Both the position numbers and the translations under genes were made by a program. From positions 18,848,001 through 18,912,000 of the forward strand of contig NW_024704752.1 of the NCBI RefSeq assembly GCF_018977255.1: DNA of 64,000 nucleotides, read 5' to 3'. Position 1 is the stretch's first letter. Every line of letters begins with the position of its first letter. Under the pieces are notes generated by a model that saw nothing but the letters and a program-made list of their open reading frames with translations, was not told the DNA's origin and did not search any database. This DNA is from Callorhinchus milii (Eukaryota). Below, piece by piece: positions 11,701 through 25,200 of the stretch.

Positions 11701-14700
11701 GCCAGGTTTGCAGGTATGCATGTTGTGAAGCGCATGTGCCACAGTGTAGACAGATTTGTACACACTGTACGTCAGTCGGAGCTGGCTGACGTCGGAGTAT
11801 GTATTGTTAATGTCCTTCAGCTTCTCCTTGCCTGTACAGAACCTCTGAGAGAGTGGAGGGATGTCATGGATTCGGACAGCTGCATCCATCTCGCTAGATT
11901 CAATCGATTTGGAACTAAGCATTTTGCTCATGGTAAAACCATTTTCAGGCCACATGCAGTCGAAGGTTTTCTCCCAGAACTCGGTTACCAGTTTCTCTGA
12001 GTTGTTTTGGGGCTCTAATTCGGTGAGGAAATCTCGCAGTCCTTGGATGTCAGCTCTCCGAATCCCAAATCCAATGGTTCCCTCTAGAAGTGAGGAGTAT
12101 TCCCTTTTGGAGATCAAAGCGGAGGTTACCCAGGCCTCACTGGCTATCCATGTTCTGCCCGAAATATTGTGTCTTATCACTTCTTCTATTAAGGAGCTAA
12201 GGTCGATATCAGCAGAGAAAACCACAATGATTTTGGCAGTGGATTCTTTAATCGTCTCCACAATCTGGACTATTTTATCCCGTGCGTAAACTTTGGGGAT
12301 AGTTTCGGAGAAAGAGATGCACACTCCAACCTTCTCTACCGCTTCCTTGAAGACTTTTATTCCGTATTTCCCATAGTCGTCATCTGATGCTATTGTGCCC
12401 ACCCAAGCCCACCCAAAGTGCATCACAAATTTCGCCATAGCCCTGGACTGAAAGTTATCGTTGGGTATGGTTCGGAGAAAGGATGGGAACTGAAATTTAT
12501 CGCTTAGGACCGAACAGGAAGCAGAATAATCAACCTGCAAGAGAGTAAGCATCGTTGAAAGCATTCAATAATAAACATACGCCATCCGGGTCCCTATATA
12601 TATATATATATATATATAAGGTGCTCTATCCCTCCTGAATTGAATAAAATAAATACTTCAATCATCATCACATGAGGTTCTGTCGAGAAAGGATCTCAAC
12701 AACAACAAAATTACGTTTGTATAGCGCCTTTCATGTCAGGAGGACATGAGGTGCTGGGAACTGTTTTCCGCATTATAGCATCAAACTGGTTCTTAAATGA
12801 GTCCAATATCTTGGTCTGAAATATTTCCGCTACCTCTGAGCATTTCTGAAACAGTCGAGGGTGGAGGAGGTGGGGATTGGGGTGGGGGGCGGGGGTTGGG
12901 GTGGGATGTGGGCTGGGGTGGTGGAAGTATCAAGGAAAGATACACTGAAATGGTCATTTTAGACCACTTCGATCCAGCCGACTGCCAATCAACTAAGTCA
13001 GCCGGGCAATGGCACAAATGAAAGTGAACTAAGTGAGCGAAATTTACAAAAAGTAAGGAAACTAAAAGCATGTCTTCTATTCTGACGATATTCATCCTGT
13101 ACAAGAGTTTCGGAAAGATGACAAAACTTCAATTACATAGAAACTGTAATAAATACTCAATCATAATTTCCTCAGGATATTCCTGAAGCAACACTGACAC
13201 CTACTGTGCAGCAGTAATCTACACCAGGATTGTCCAACCTTTTGGCTGCTGAGGGCCGGATGCCCTATTTGATTAAGGTTCGCAGACCACATAAACAATA
13301 GTTTTTGTGTTTCCCTTCCAGAAACATAACAAAACATATATAGGTTATGGAAGGAGCGGGTAAGCCAGAGGAAATGGGGAGTGTGGGGTGGGGGGAAGGG
13401 GTTGCTGGATGTGGCCCACAGGCCGCCAGTTGGACCACCCTGGGAGTTGGTCCTTCCCTTTCCAAGAGGGAAAATTCTCAGTGGTTGGAGGTTCTGCACT
13501 GTACCTGAGGAAAGTAATACAGGCCCAGAATCCTAGCGGTTGCAATAGAGAGGGCTGATCCACCGGCTCCAATCAGGACTGCCAGAGGTGCACCTGTGCC
13601 GCACCTATAGTTCGGTACGGCTTCGTCTTGTCCAGTGAGGTAAGTCAGGGTTCCTTCAACGGCTTTGGAGATGGTGAAACAAGAGTCATAGATTGTATAA
13701 CCCAGCTGTACGTCGGGTAGAATCAAGTTGTTCTTGTTGATTTCATTAATGGCGAAGATCATTGTCCTGGCCCAACGGAAAGTTCGGAAGTTGAATCTGT
13801 TGGAGAGAGAAGTTCTCAGAAGTGTCTGATTCACATTCAGAAAATAACAAGGATATTAATGCAGAAGTTATAGACACTGTGTTTCCCTTTCCGAAACATA
13901 ATATAACATGCACAGGTTATGGGGCTCCAAAGCCACATGGTGATACTAAGATATAGATAGCAACAAGCCTGAAGATGCGATAATTTTCTTTCATCTTAAA
14001 CTTCACAAGAACCAGGTTAGTGTTTGTGCTTTTTGATTTTTTTTCTTGTGTCAGTTCTCAGCCATGTATCCCATTTAACTGCCCATTTTAAAATCAATAA
14101 TAAAAATACTTGCATATGATATAACGCCTTATCACATCTTCGCGACGTCGCAAAGCATTTCATAGCATATACTGTAAAGTGAATTTGATGGTATATTTTG
14201 TGGGTGAAACAATCAGGTGTTTGCCTGGAGGACTGGGGAAGTGTTGGGGGTAGAATATGCTTTCTTACAAACGGTACCGTCTAAATGGACTTGATTTCAT
14301 TCAGAGTTGCCTAACCTGCACATTGTTTGGTGGTTTGAAACAATAAAAGAACTTGGAACAAGAAAAGACTAGTTAGCCAAAGAAGCCAGCTCCTCAGATG
14401 CAATGTGTGTCCAAACCTCATGGGACATGTTACATCATATCTCTGCTTCTCCTCCACGCATGGATCCCAACCCAGCAGGTACTTTGCCAGGTAATGCCAA
14501 CTGGTGTCAGTCCCTGATTGGACTTTACATGGAGGATATAGGATTGAGTTGTACGCTTGCGATTGGACATGATATTTGCTCCACCCACTGAGCAAGAAGT
14601 GACTCCATCAATGCAAATACCTTTACCTGCAAGCAATAAAAGGTGTCCGAGGGTGTAGAGACCTGTCAAACATCTTTAAATCTTCTCGACAATGATAAAA

Positions 14701-15889
14701 ATGCACAAGAGAACATACTGCACCCCTGAGGTAACACAGAATTAATTATATATACCCTACTCAACAATGCAACCTGTACAGTACACCTGGAATGATTCAA
14801 TGTCACTAACGTTCACTGAATGACCTCTACAGAATTGAAACAGAGCAACAACAAAACCTACCAAAGCCCATTAGCTGGGAGCAGCCCACCCTCACACCCT
14901 GATCCTCTCCCAGCCCACACCCCCCGTTTCTGTGATCGCACCAGGCTCTCGCTGGGTTGACAAACATTCTATACACTTCTATCATCTCCTAAGGAGTGCT
15001 ATCCACTTGCAGCCTTGATCTGGCCTCCTACTCGTCCCTGGTCTCCTCTGTTCCACCATCGCCAGCCATGCTTTCAATCACTATCCCCCGAAGCGTTGGA
15101 ACTCTCTCCCTCAATCACTCCACCTCGCCCTCTCCTTCCCCTCTTTTTGATCATGACTGAAGACCTTCCTCTTCGGCCATGCTTGCGGACACCTCCTCCC
15201 TCCCCCCGGTTCGGCATCAGGCTCCGCCATTGTTAAGTGCTCTGAGACGCTCACTGCGTGATATAAATTAAACATCATGCCCTTATGTTACCCATATGCA
15301 TTCAGACGTCATTAGTGTTTGCATAGCTAATGTGCACAAAACACATATTGTAAAGTGGATTGACTATATTTTGTGGGCGAAACACAGCAGCCGATTGCAC
15401 ACAACTAATAAATATAACTAACTAAGTAAATAACCAACCACACAATGGGAATGTCCCCTTCATAAATAATAATAATAATAATAATAATCTAATAATATAT
15501 CATTTAATATAGAGCCTTATCACATCTTTGAGATGTCCTCCCAATGTGAAAGACGCTATACAAATGTAATCTTGTTGCTGTTGTCTCAAAGCGCTTTACA
15601 GAATATATTGTAAAGTGAATTGACTGTATATTTTGTGGGTGAAACAATACATCTAACTCAATAGTTCTTACCCCTCACATCCCACAGACTCTGGCGTGGT
15701 GCTCGATGATGCGTTGGAGGACTTGACTCTGTGGTGAATAGGAAACATCCCTCCGAGAATCACATCTCCTGGCATTTTGAAGCTGTTTAAATTAAATTTC
15801 CCTTTGAGTTTACATGTCGATTTCCCGGAGACTGCCACAGTCATGGCTAGATACACCAAGAGACGGAAATAGTAGGCTGATGGGTTCAT
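8751..15889 (-). CDS. vmn2r1: Vomeronasal type-2 receptor, family C (Vmn2r1/V2R2/OlfCc1-like class C GPCR), ~913 aa
   Basis: Exons 15889-15672, 13796-13505, 12534-11644, 11019-10792, 10311-10188, 9739-8751; all GT-AG, 2742 nt, intact. Signal peptide, Venus flytrap ([49 protein letters not shown]), 124-nt cysteine-rich exon ([23 protein letters not shown]), 7TM (LPDNFNEAK) and a C-terminus resembling mouse Vmn2r1. Position next to GMPS matches the recalled mouse arrangement. Confidence 0.88.
10610..10726. mobile_element. Tc1/mariner-like MITE (copy 1)
   Basis: TA|CAGGGTGGCCGAAAAGTCGTGATA ... TATCATGACTTTGTGGTCACCCGG|TA: ~24-bp terminal inverted repeats flanked by TA. Confidence 0.7.
13225..13442. 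mobile_element. hAT/Charlie-like non-autonomous DNA element
   Basis: Ends CAGGATTGTCCAAC ... GTTGGACCACCCTG are inverted. An internal segment recurs at ~13876-13935. No 8-bp target-site duplication is recognisable. Confidence 0.5.
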
Positions 15890-17344
15890 CTCCGGCAGGT
15901 TTGGGTGCGTCGCAGGGTATGGAGGGGGGAAAAGAACTCGATTGTCAGTCAATCCCAAGCTTTTATGGGATTGCAAATCAAACACTTCAAGCCCATTGGT
16001 TACAACGACGAAAACTGACAAGTAAATTGTGGTAACATAGTCCCATTGGACGTCCTCCCGATGTGAAAGGCGTTATACACATGTCATTAGTTGTTGTTGT
16101 TGTCCCAAAGGGGTCGAACAAGCAATTGGGAAGGTTTGTGTAAACACCAGCCAACATTTTCAGATGTGGCACCTGTAACATTGTTAATTACAAAGTAGAT
16201 ATGATACGACAATTTCAGTTCATTTTCAACGCCATTTACTATCATCCCTTGCTGAAGATAAAAGAAACCTAAATCTGAAATACATTTCCAAAGGGTTTCC
16301 TTTTGTGGAAAACAATTTAAAACCAGGTAAATAACAAGCAATATCTACTTCATTCCACTGGGATGTGCTGCCCGGAGTACAGTACGAGCTATTTTCGCCT
16401 ACAAAATACACAGTCCCTACACAGTATATTCTGTGAAGCACTTTGAGACGTCGCAACAATGTGATAAGGCGCTATATCAAATGGATGGGTGACTATTTAT
16501 TAGATTTCGTTCCTGTTTAATCCCAAAAGAAAACGTTTCTTCTTTTTATGTACAGATATATATTAAAAAAAAGGGAAAGAAATGTTCAATTTGGGGAATT
16601 CACAGATGATATAAACACAAGTGCTCTAGGGTCGAGACACACGAAACAATGCCTAACCCTTCAGTTTAATGTTTGAAACACATCCACAAAAGGGACAAGA
16701 GAAGGCTTTATTAACAAAGGATAATAATCTATCTGGCCCCCTAAGGAAGGTTTGGATCAAGTCTCTATTTTGCAAGTCTTTGCTTGCAGGGGTGAAGGAA
16801 CACTTTCACCCACTGCTTTACCTACTTAATGACTCGTCAGCTCCCCCGCTAATTAATTACAGTAACAATGTAATTGACGAGGATTTGATTAATTTCCATT
16901 TAAACCAGTGGGATAGATGACAATCCTGAGCTGCAGTTGGTGGATGAGTTGTGACAAACATGTTGGAAGCCAGAACGGTGGCCACCACGGACTGAACAGC
17001 AGATGCTGTATGTAGCCTTCAGTTCTCTCGGCCTCTCTGGGTCTCGAGATGAGTCTTTGTTTGTTTAGATCACTGCCCCAATGGGGAATTGAGAGATCAT
17101 CTATATCTTCCAGGCAAATGGTGATGAGCTGGGAATTGCCTTGATCACCTGTGGTTGGTTGCAATAACTGGCCATTCTTGAGATCTGCTGGTCACGCTAT
17201 CCTTCAAGAGAAGTCTTGGGCTCAATCTGCTGCTGTGACATGACCTGGTCTCTCAGTTTAGAGTCGGGCAATTCATGAGAATATTAAGATCTCATATTTA
17301 AACATCTATTTCTTTATTGATTCGCTCCATTCACATTTTCAAGA

Positions 17345-17478
17345 CTGAGGTGGATAGTTAGGTCAGGGTATCAAGGGATATGGGCCAAGGGCAGGTAATT
17401 GGAGTTGAGGTACAGATAGCCATGATCTTATAGAATGGCAGAACAGGCTCGAGGGGCTGAATGGCCTACTCCTGTTTT
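17345..17478 (+). mobile_element. CR1-type LINE 3' end
   Basis: GGTATCAAGGGATATGG...ATGGCAGAACAGGCTCGAGGGGCTGAATGGCCTACTCCTG resembles chondrichthyan CR1 3' ends. Similar relics at ~10374-10428, ~21785-21960 and ~25795-25897. Confidence 0.6.
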
Positions 17479-19507
17479 TGTGTTTAATCTCCTCAACAAA
17501 GAATGAATGCCCCCCCCAATAAATTCCATTTCATTATTGATAATGAATCTGGATGGCCTTATGGAGGAATTATTATTTTCCCACATAAGGAAAATGAAGG
17601 TCCAAGAGTTTTTTTTTACCAGTTGAACCATAATGTCCTTTGTCACACAACATATAATCAGTGGGACGCTGCTGTGCACAATTGGCCGCCACGTTTTACT
17701 CACAAAACATACAGTCAATTCACTTTACAGTATATTCTGTGAAGCGCTTTGAGACGTCTCAAAGATGTGATAAAGCGCTGTATCAAATGCAAAGATTATT
17801 ATTATAATAGCATGGACAGCATTCAAGGTAACAAAATGTGGAGAACTGCAGTGGGGACAGTGGTGGTGGGGGGTGGGTGGGGGGCGAAACCAGCCTTACC
17901 TTATGGTTCCTATTCTCAATCCACAAACAAATTTAATTTATACCAAACACAAAAACAAATTTGTTCCGAATGAATGATGATTACTCTTTTATTCCCCCCT
18001 GCTAGAAAATTATAATTGACATTCCTTTGAGCATGCATTAAACAATTAAGTCTCTTCTGAACTGTTTACGACGTCCAAATAACTTATTAACAGTTGCCAT
18101 AGCTGTAAACTAGCACCGATTGCTCTACCTGACACTTTATGGGTACAGCTTTTACAGCTAATTCCCAGTGACAGCTCTCGGTGGTGCTCACAGCCTTGTG
18201 GGCATCTTTACTTCAGTTTGTTGAAAATGCTTTGGTAATTTGGTTACCAAAAAATAATTTAGTTACATAGGGCAAAATCCTGTTCCGCAGCACGAAGACA
18301 AAGTCTGTGCAAAACATCTTTTGACGAAGGAGCATGTCACTGCATTACATAGCCACAAGGTGACAAGAGTATACAAATCAAATGGATTCATGTGTGCCAA
18401 CCTCAACAACAACAACAAAATTATATTTGTATAGCGCCTTTCATGTCGGGAGGACGTTCCAAACCTCATAGCATTAGTGCTGAATGTGGATCGAGTGTTT
18501 AACAAACGCTTCAAAAAAGAACCAGCACGTGATTTTGTTCTTTAATTATATCCGTCCCTCGCCTTTCACAGTGAAAGGTTACAGTTGGCGGAGTACTTAA
18601 GAGAGTTTTAGGAGGGTGAAGGTATCACACTGTTGATGCTGCACAGTGTGTGTGTGTGTGTGTGTGTTGTGTGAGTGTAGCATAAATGAAAGAACGTTTC
18701 ATTCATTTGCTTAATCCAAAGGGATTGCTGCAATTATTGACTTTATAAACCTTGCTCTGCATAAAAGTCCTCCAAATCCTGGCCTACTACTTACGCTAAT
18801 GATAATCCGATTTTAATTAAAGTGTTGTTAGTCACAGTGTGCTACCAACTTGCATCTGATTCAATCTATTGAATGGAGAAAGATACATTATTCACTTCCA
18901 CCAGCTGTGCAAAGTCATCTGAACATCTGCGAAGGAAGATAATCCGTTTTAATATGCTTTTACCTTTCTATTTTTATTGAAGGGGGAAAGTGAATATTTC
19001 AGCATTAAACAGTAAATGTTAAGGGTATTATTACTGGGAACTGGTTGGTCAGGATTCTTGTTATGTTAAATTCATGTCAAGCTGAAATCATGTCTAAGGA
19101 CAGATATTAATTCAGCTTTTTCACATTATCAGCCTCTGACTCACTTCAAACTCGGTTCTGTTGGCGATTCTATCATCACACAGACTCGGGCAAACTTATG
19201 TTTTTTTTGATGAAAGGATAGAAAAGCAGATTAGAGGTAATTATAATAGTTTGCAGCCATTGAATTGACATTAAGACACACTCTTTTGCTAGGTTGCACA
19301 CTAAAAAACAAATTCATTGAACCACAATTCTGCACACACACAAATAAAAAAAAATCCTTTTGGCAATTGATTATTTCAGTTAAATACAAACGATTGGTAC
19401 TCAAGTGATTCTTAATGGAGGTCTGTAAAAATTATAATAATAATCCTTGGCTTTGATACAGCGCCTTATCACGTTTTTGAGACATCTCAAAGCGCTTCAC
19501 AGAATAT

Positions 19508-19838
19508 GAATGTGGAGTCCTGTAGCTCAGTGGTCAGAGCACTCGATTTGCAAGTGAGAGACCTGAGTTCAATTCCAGGCAGAGGGCCAAACCTTGGGCA
19601 AGTTTCCTTACTCCACACAGAGCCTAATAATAATCCCTCCAAAACCAAAAACAATAATAAATTGGTCATTTTCAATCTACGACTGTTTGTGGGACATTGC
19701 TGTGCGCAATTGACTGCCGCGTTCGCCCACAAATATACAGTCAATTCACTTTACAGTGGGTTCTGTGAAGCGCTTTGGGACGTCCTCCCAACGAGAAAAG
19801 CGCTATATCAAATGCAAAGATTATTATTATTATTATTA
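19508..19838 (+). mobile_element. Full-length SINE nested inside an oppositely oriented SINE (19432-19507 and 19839-19893)
   Basis: Head GAGTCCTGTAGCTCAGTGGTCAGAGC...GAGTTCAATTCC, tail (TTA)n. The flanks rejoin into the consensus CACAGAATATACTGTAAAG. Confidence 0.85.
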
Positions 19839-21001
19839 TATACTGTAAAGTGAATTGACTGTATATTTTGTGAGGGAAACATGGCAGCCAATTCTTGTAA
19901 GAAACCTACAAGATGATTTCTGGTGGGAGAAGTGAGCATGACAAGTAACACACAGAGTTTTGATAAACCAGAACCTTATCAGTGATGAATAGGACTCAAG
20001 TGAACATGAACTGCCCCAGTCTTAATGCTTGATAATGACCCTAACTGGAGCCACATGAGTGTCTACCTTAAGGAACTTTTCAAACCAAATTCCTAGTTAA
20101 TACAGTTCAGCTGAATTCACGAGTGTGTCCGTGACTAATTGAGCTCAAGTGACCAAAGAATTCCTAAATTATTTTTTAATGCTCGATTATGATGCAAAGT
20201 GGAACCACATGAGGATCTGCGCACAACCGTCAGTTGACTTGGCAATGGTGCCCTGGAGATGCCCCCAACAGATAGATCCCGGTCACGTTGCTAATGTACA
20301 GTTGAACATTATATCCCACACATCAGCAAATGTCTACCTGGTATATAGATAAGACACCTTTGTCATCATCTGGTACTTAATAATAATAATCCTTGCATTT
20401 GATGCAGTGCCTTATCAAGTCTTCAAGACGTCTCAAAGCGCTTCACAGATTATACTGTAAAGTGGATGGACTGTATATTTTGTGGGCGAAACACGGCAGC
20501 CAATTGCGAGCAGCAGCGTCCCCACAAACAGTCTTGGATTGAAGAGACCAATTTATTATTATTATTATTTAAATGGAAGTTTATTTTATTCCATTCCGAA
20601 TGGCATGCTGGTTTCTACAAAATGAGCAGCTTTTGTAGAAACCAAGATTGAGTTTATTTGGGGGAAATGCACAGATGATCAATAAATACATCACTTAGTT
20701 TAGAAAATCCTGAGATACAAAATGACACTTCGGACCTGCAAGGGAGTCAACGGTTATCCGGTGGGTTGTTGATGAAATCTGTTATGAAACATCACATTCT
20801 GCACCCCAAAGAGTTACAATACTATTTCTTTGTTTATTATACATACTTAAAAAAGCCACAGTTACATAATAAATATTGGAATAAGTAAACACACTATAAT
20901 CAGGTTATTTAAAAGCAAACATATGATGCCATTAACAGCTTTTCACAACTTCACAGCTTTCATAAATGTCTGTTACCTTTTGAAATAATTTCCCCTTCCA
21001 A

Positions 21002-21085
21002 AAAGTACGAGTATGGATTTGCTAATTGATATTTAGAAGATTCATATCTTCTAAGTATCAATTAGCAAATCCATTCTCGTACTTT
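21002..21085. repeat. Near-perfect inverted repeat (40-bp arms, 4-nt loop)
   Basis: AAAGTACGAGTATGGATTTGCTAATTGATATTTAGAAGAT-TCAT-ATCTTCTAAGTATCAATTAGCAAATCCATTCTCGTACTTT; 2 mismatches. Confidence 0.95.
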
Positions 21086-22288
21086 ATATATATATATGGA
21101 AAATATCTTTAAAAGCTTCTAGAATTTAGATATACTTTGAAACTAGGAAAATTATCTTTGAGCGTTTCTGAATCATCTCGATCTGCTCATGGCTTCACAA
21201 AGTGATAAATTTTGCCGAAAACAAATCTTAAAACACAGTCAGCTCTGTTCCTCGATCATTTCATTACTTCTGGATCCATCACATGATTCACAACAAATTT
21301 GTTCTTGTGACAGTGGCATGACCGACAGTTTTAACTTGAGGAATCACATTCTTGGGGCTATTTTATGTACAAGGAAACGTTAAGAGGGTATCAGCCAAGT
21401 TAAAGTTTACACAGACATCCAGAAGCCTTGATTTCACGACCTCTCTTTCTGTCTCTTTCTCTCAATCTCCCTATACGTTCACATGCACAGCAATGGCACT
21501 TCTGTATTACAGATCTAGGAGTCGAATAGCGAATAAACGAACGTTAAACTGAAACGTTGCTATTGCATTTAAGATCCTAACTGTGAAGAGACTGCATCAT
21601 TCTTGGGATTAAGATTTGCAGCAAATATACCTGTTCATCTGGCATCACATTGCCAACTGCATTGAAACATTTGATTAAATGGAGCACAGGAAAGTGCGTG
21701 CGTGTGTGAAATGTAACTTTAGACATTCAAATATTAGGATTGATATTTTATTCATGTATCTGACACATACACGAGAGAGAAGGTAATAGAGAAGTAAGGG
21801 AGAGGGGATTAGGGTGAGTAGAGGCTCCTGTATCATCTAATAATAATCCTTGCATTTGATATAGTGCCTTTTCATGTCTTCGAGACGTCTCAAAGTGCTG
21901 ATGAACACCAACATGGATTAAGTAGGGCCAAATGTCCTGTGGAATACAATCTATGTCATTCTTTGATTTGCCTGATGGCTGTGAAATGAAACAGGCCCTG
22001 GTCTATTCATCCAGCTCTGTTTGTTAAATGCACAATTGGGAGAAGGGGTTGGTGAAGAGAGTGAGCCCTATAGATACCAGAGTGTACCAATGGATTAATG
22101 CCATTCCACTTTTGCACAGACCTATCACAGCACTACGCTAGCACTATTTACTTGATCAATATTTTGCATCCCAAGCCGGGTAGAATTGTTTTTAAAAATG
22201 TATCATTCTCATTGTAGCATTTTCTAAAAAAAATCTTTTCCAATTTCACTAACCATCATCAGTGAGTATAGGACTTGCTGATGAGGAT

Positions 22289-25200
22289 TTACTTAATCTT
22301 CTGGATAGATATTTGTGGTGGAGCCCGACCCATCATACCTTGTTTTGTATTCAAGTCAGGTCTCATCAAAACAACGTAACATTTGGGGAAGAAAATGAAG
22401 GCAAGAAGACCAAAGGTTGAGGACAGAATAGCAAATATCTCTACTGCCACCAGATATTTTCCTTTACTGCTGGCATGAGCTGGGATGAAGGACAACCACA
22501 CCACAAAAAAGACAAGCAAACTAAAACTGATAAATTTAGCCTCATTAAAATTATTGGGCAATTTTCGGGCCAGAAAAGCCAAAATAAAGCACAGAAGAGC
22601 TAAGGTCCCAATATATCCTAAAATACCAATCAAAGCAAGTTCAGGTTCCTTATTGCATTCCAGAATAATTTTTCCTATGACCGCTTGACTGTTCCGCTGC
22701 ACGACCAGTGGTGACGATATCAGAAATCCTAGAGAGATCCCTATCTGAACCAACGTTATGGCTGTAACAACTATTCGGTGATGGATGGGCCGAAAGTACT
22801 TTGACATATTTTGGTTGGGCGCTGTCATTTTAAAGGCCAGCACAACCACACTAGTTTTAACAAGAATACATGAGATGCAGAGAGCAAAGCTGATGCCAAA
22901 TCCTGTTTGCTGGAGCACACAGAATTCCACCGATGGCTCACCGATAAATGTAAGACAACACAGGAAGCAGAAGAAGAGAGAGAAGAGCAGAAGGAAACTG
23001 AGTTCGTGGTTATTAGCTCGTACAATGGGTGTATTCAGGAACTTTATAAATATGACTATTATCACAACAGTAATCACAGCACCCAACAGTGAGAAAACTG
23101 TCAAGATTATCCCCAGGGGCTCTTCAAAGGATAGGAATTCAATCTTCTTTGGCAGACACTCATCCTTCTTTTGGTTGGACCAGGAATCTTCAGGACACTG
23201 CGTACATTCTGTGAAATATGAAGGTAGAAGATTAAAACAACCTGGAGATGAGTTAATAAAGACCATGTAGTAACAGTAGATTTACTGAACATAAAATTGA
23301 AGGCCCGGCTATCACATTGACTTGGAAAAACCACCAGAATGTGCAACGTGACCAAAAAGTCATGACAACTACCCAATTATCTTTAAAGATATCATCATTT
23401 CTCTGAGTTTTATAAGACATTGTAATGGTATCACAACTTTTTGGTCACCCTGTACAATGTATTGCAAGGAAAACCTGCTTTGTTTCAGGGTTAGTAACTA
23501 TAGTATTAGTTTACTCAGGGTGAGATTCTAACTCATTCCAGGGACATTTTTATTTTTACATTTTCTCTCTTTTCCCCTAGACTTTGATGAGTTCAACACA
23601 GTAGCAATCTGGCACATGCACATTAGACCCTATAAATAAATGTTCCAATTGTTACCTCTCTCTATAATCCCAGTTAGCTCTTCTTATTTGGTCAGAATAT
23701 AGATCACAGGATTCTGGAAATTATCTCTGTTCTTCCCCCAAAATATATCACTACCTTCTTATGATCTTCAGTACAGACCATTACAACAATATATTCCCAC
23801 CAATACGCATAGCCTGCTAGTGTTGAACCTCTGTTTATGACAACCTAACCTGTGCCATTTGAGATATTTCCTTCTGCGCAAGGAACACAATCAAAGCAGC
23901 ATCGAGGCTGTCCTTGTTGAACTATTCGTCTTGTTCCTGGGAGGCAGGCTTCACTGCACACCGACTGAGGTACCTTGACAAGACAAAAATAGGACTGACA
24001 ATAAGACAGAATGACCGCCATTGAAACAAAGTGTTCTGGTGTTCCCAACACAGTCTCACTCATACCCTTATTTCATTACTCATTTTTCACACATAAACAG
24101 CTGACGAGGTGGTCGGGCCTTCAGCCTCTCAGCCCCCAGGCTCTGGAACTCCATCCCCCAGTGCCTTCGCCGCTTCCTCCCTTTCCTCCTTCAAGGCCGG
24201 TCTCAAAACTTTTCTCTTTGACCGAGCCTTCAGCTCCCCTCTCGACTCTCTTCCCACTCCTCGCTCCCTCCCATCCCTCCCCTCACCCTGACCATTTCCC
24301 CCCGCTTCGCTCCCTCCCTTCCCTCCCCTCACCCTGACCATTTCCCCCCTGCTCGGGTCATGACCCAACTGTGCAGCGCCTTGGGACGTCCTCCTGACGT
24401 GAAAGGCGCTTTATAAATGGAATCTTGTTGTTGTTGTTGTTGTTGAGACAACAGATTAAACAGCTCAACAACAACAATTACTTGCATTTATATAGCGCCC
24501 TTACTGTCGGGGTTTAATGACTCTTTCTAGAGAAATGAGGCAGCCATTTGCACCAGCAGTACCGCACAACAAACTATGAGGTGACTAAACAACTTATGCA
24601 GAAGATTTATTGGCTACAACACTGCCAGATTTGGGGATAATGTCATTGCAGCTCTGAAGTGACGAGCCAACTTGAATGTCCATCTGAAGATTTAAAAATA
24701 CACAAGAGCTTGGTTCCAGAATAAAACTATGTTCAAAGCAATGGTATCCATTTCCAGTTAGCTACTCATCAATGGCGACTGACCTTTCTCTACACATTGT
24801 GCTTTAGAATCAGAGCCAACTGCAATCAGGCCAGAGGAATAAAATCTGAACAACTTTGATGAGCAACTTTTGTTTTCATTGAGCAGAGCAACAAGAGTGT
24901 TGGAGAAGGGATATTTTCCAATGTTTGCACTATATCCGTGAGGTCTATACACCAATCTGAAGCATTAAGAGCATTGTGAGAATTTAATAGTTTCTTTCAA
25001 ACAATTGAGAGTCTGCTCAGTCATAACAACATTTTACCTTAGCAATAATAATATTAATAATCCTTGCATTTGGTATAGCACCTTATCACGACTTCGAGAT
25101 GTCTAAAATGCGCTTCTCAGAATACACTGTGAAGTGAATTGGCTCTATATTTTGTGGGCGAAACGCAGCAGCCAATTGCGCGCATCAGCGTCCCACGAAC

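Noticed and set aside
19515-19592. tRNA-like sequence with A and B boxes (also at ~1460-1535, 27765-27840, 36655-36730, 38465-38540, 42855-42930)
   Set aside because: These are SINE heads: they continue into the SINE body, diverge among copies and lack a proper acceptor stem.
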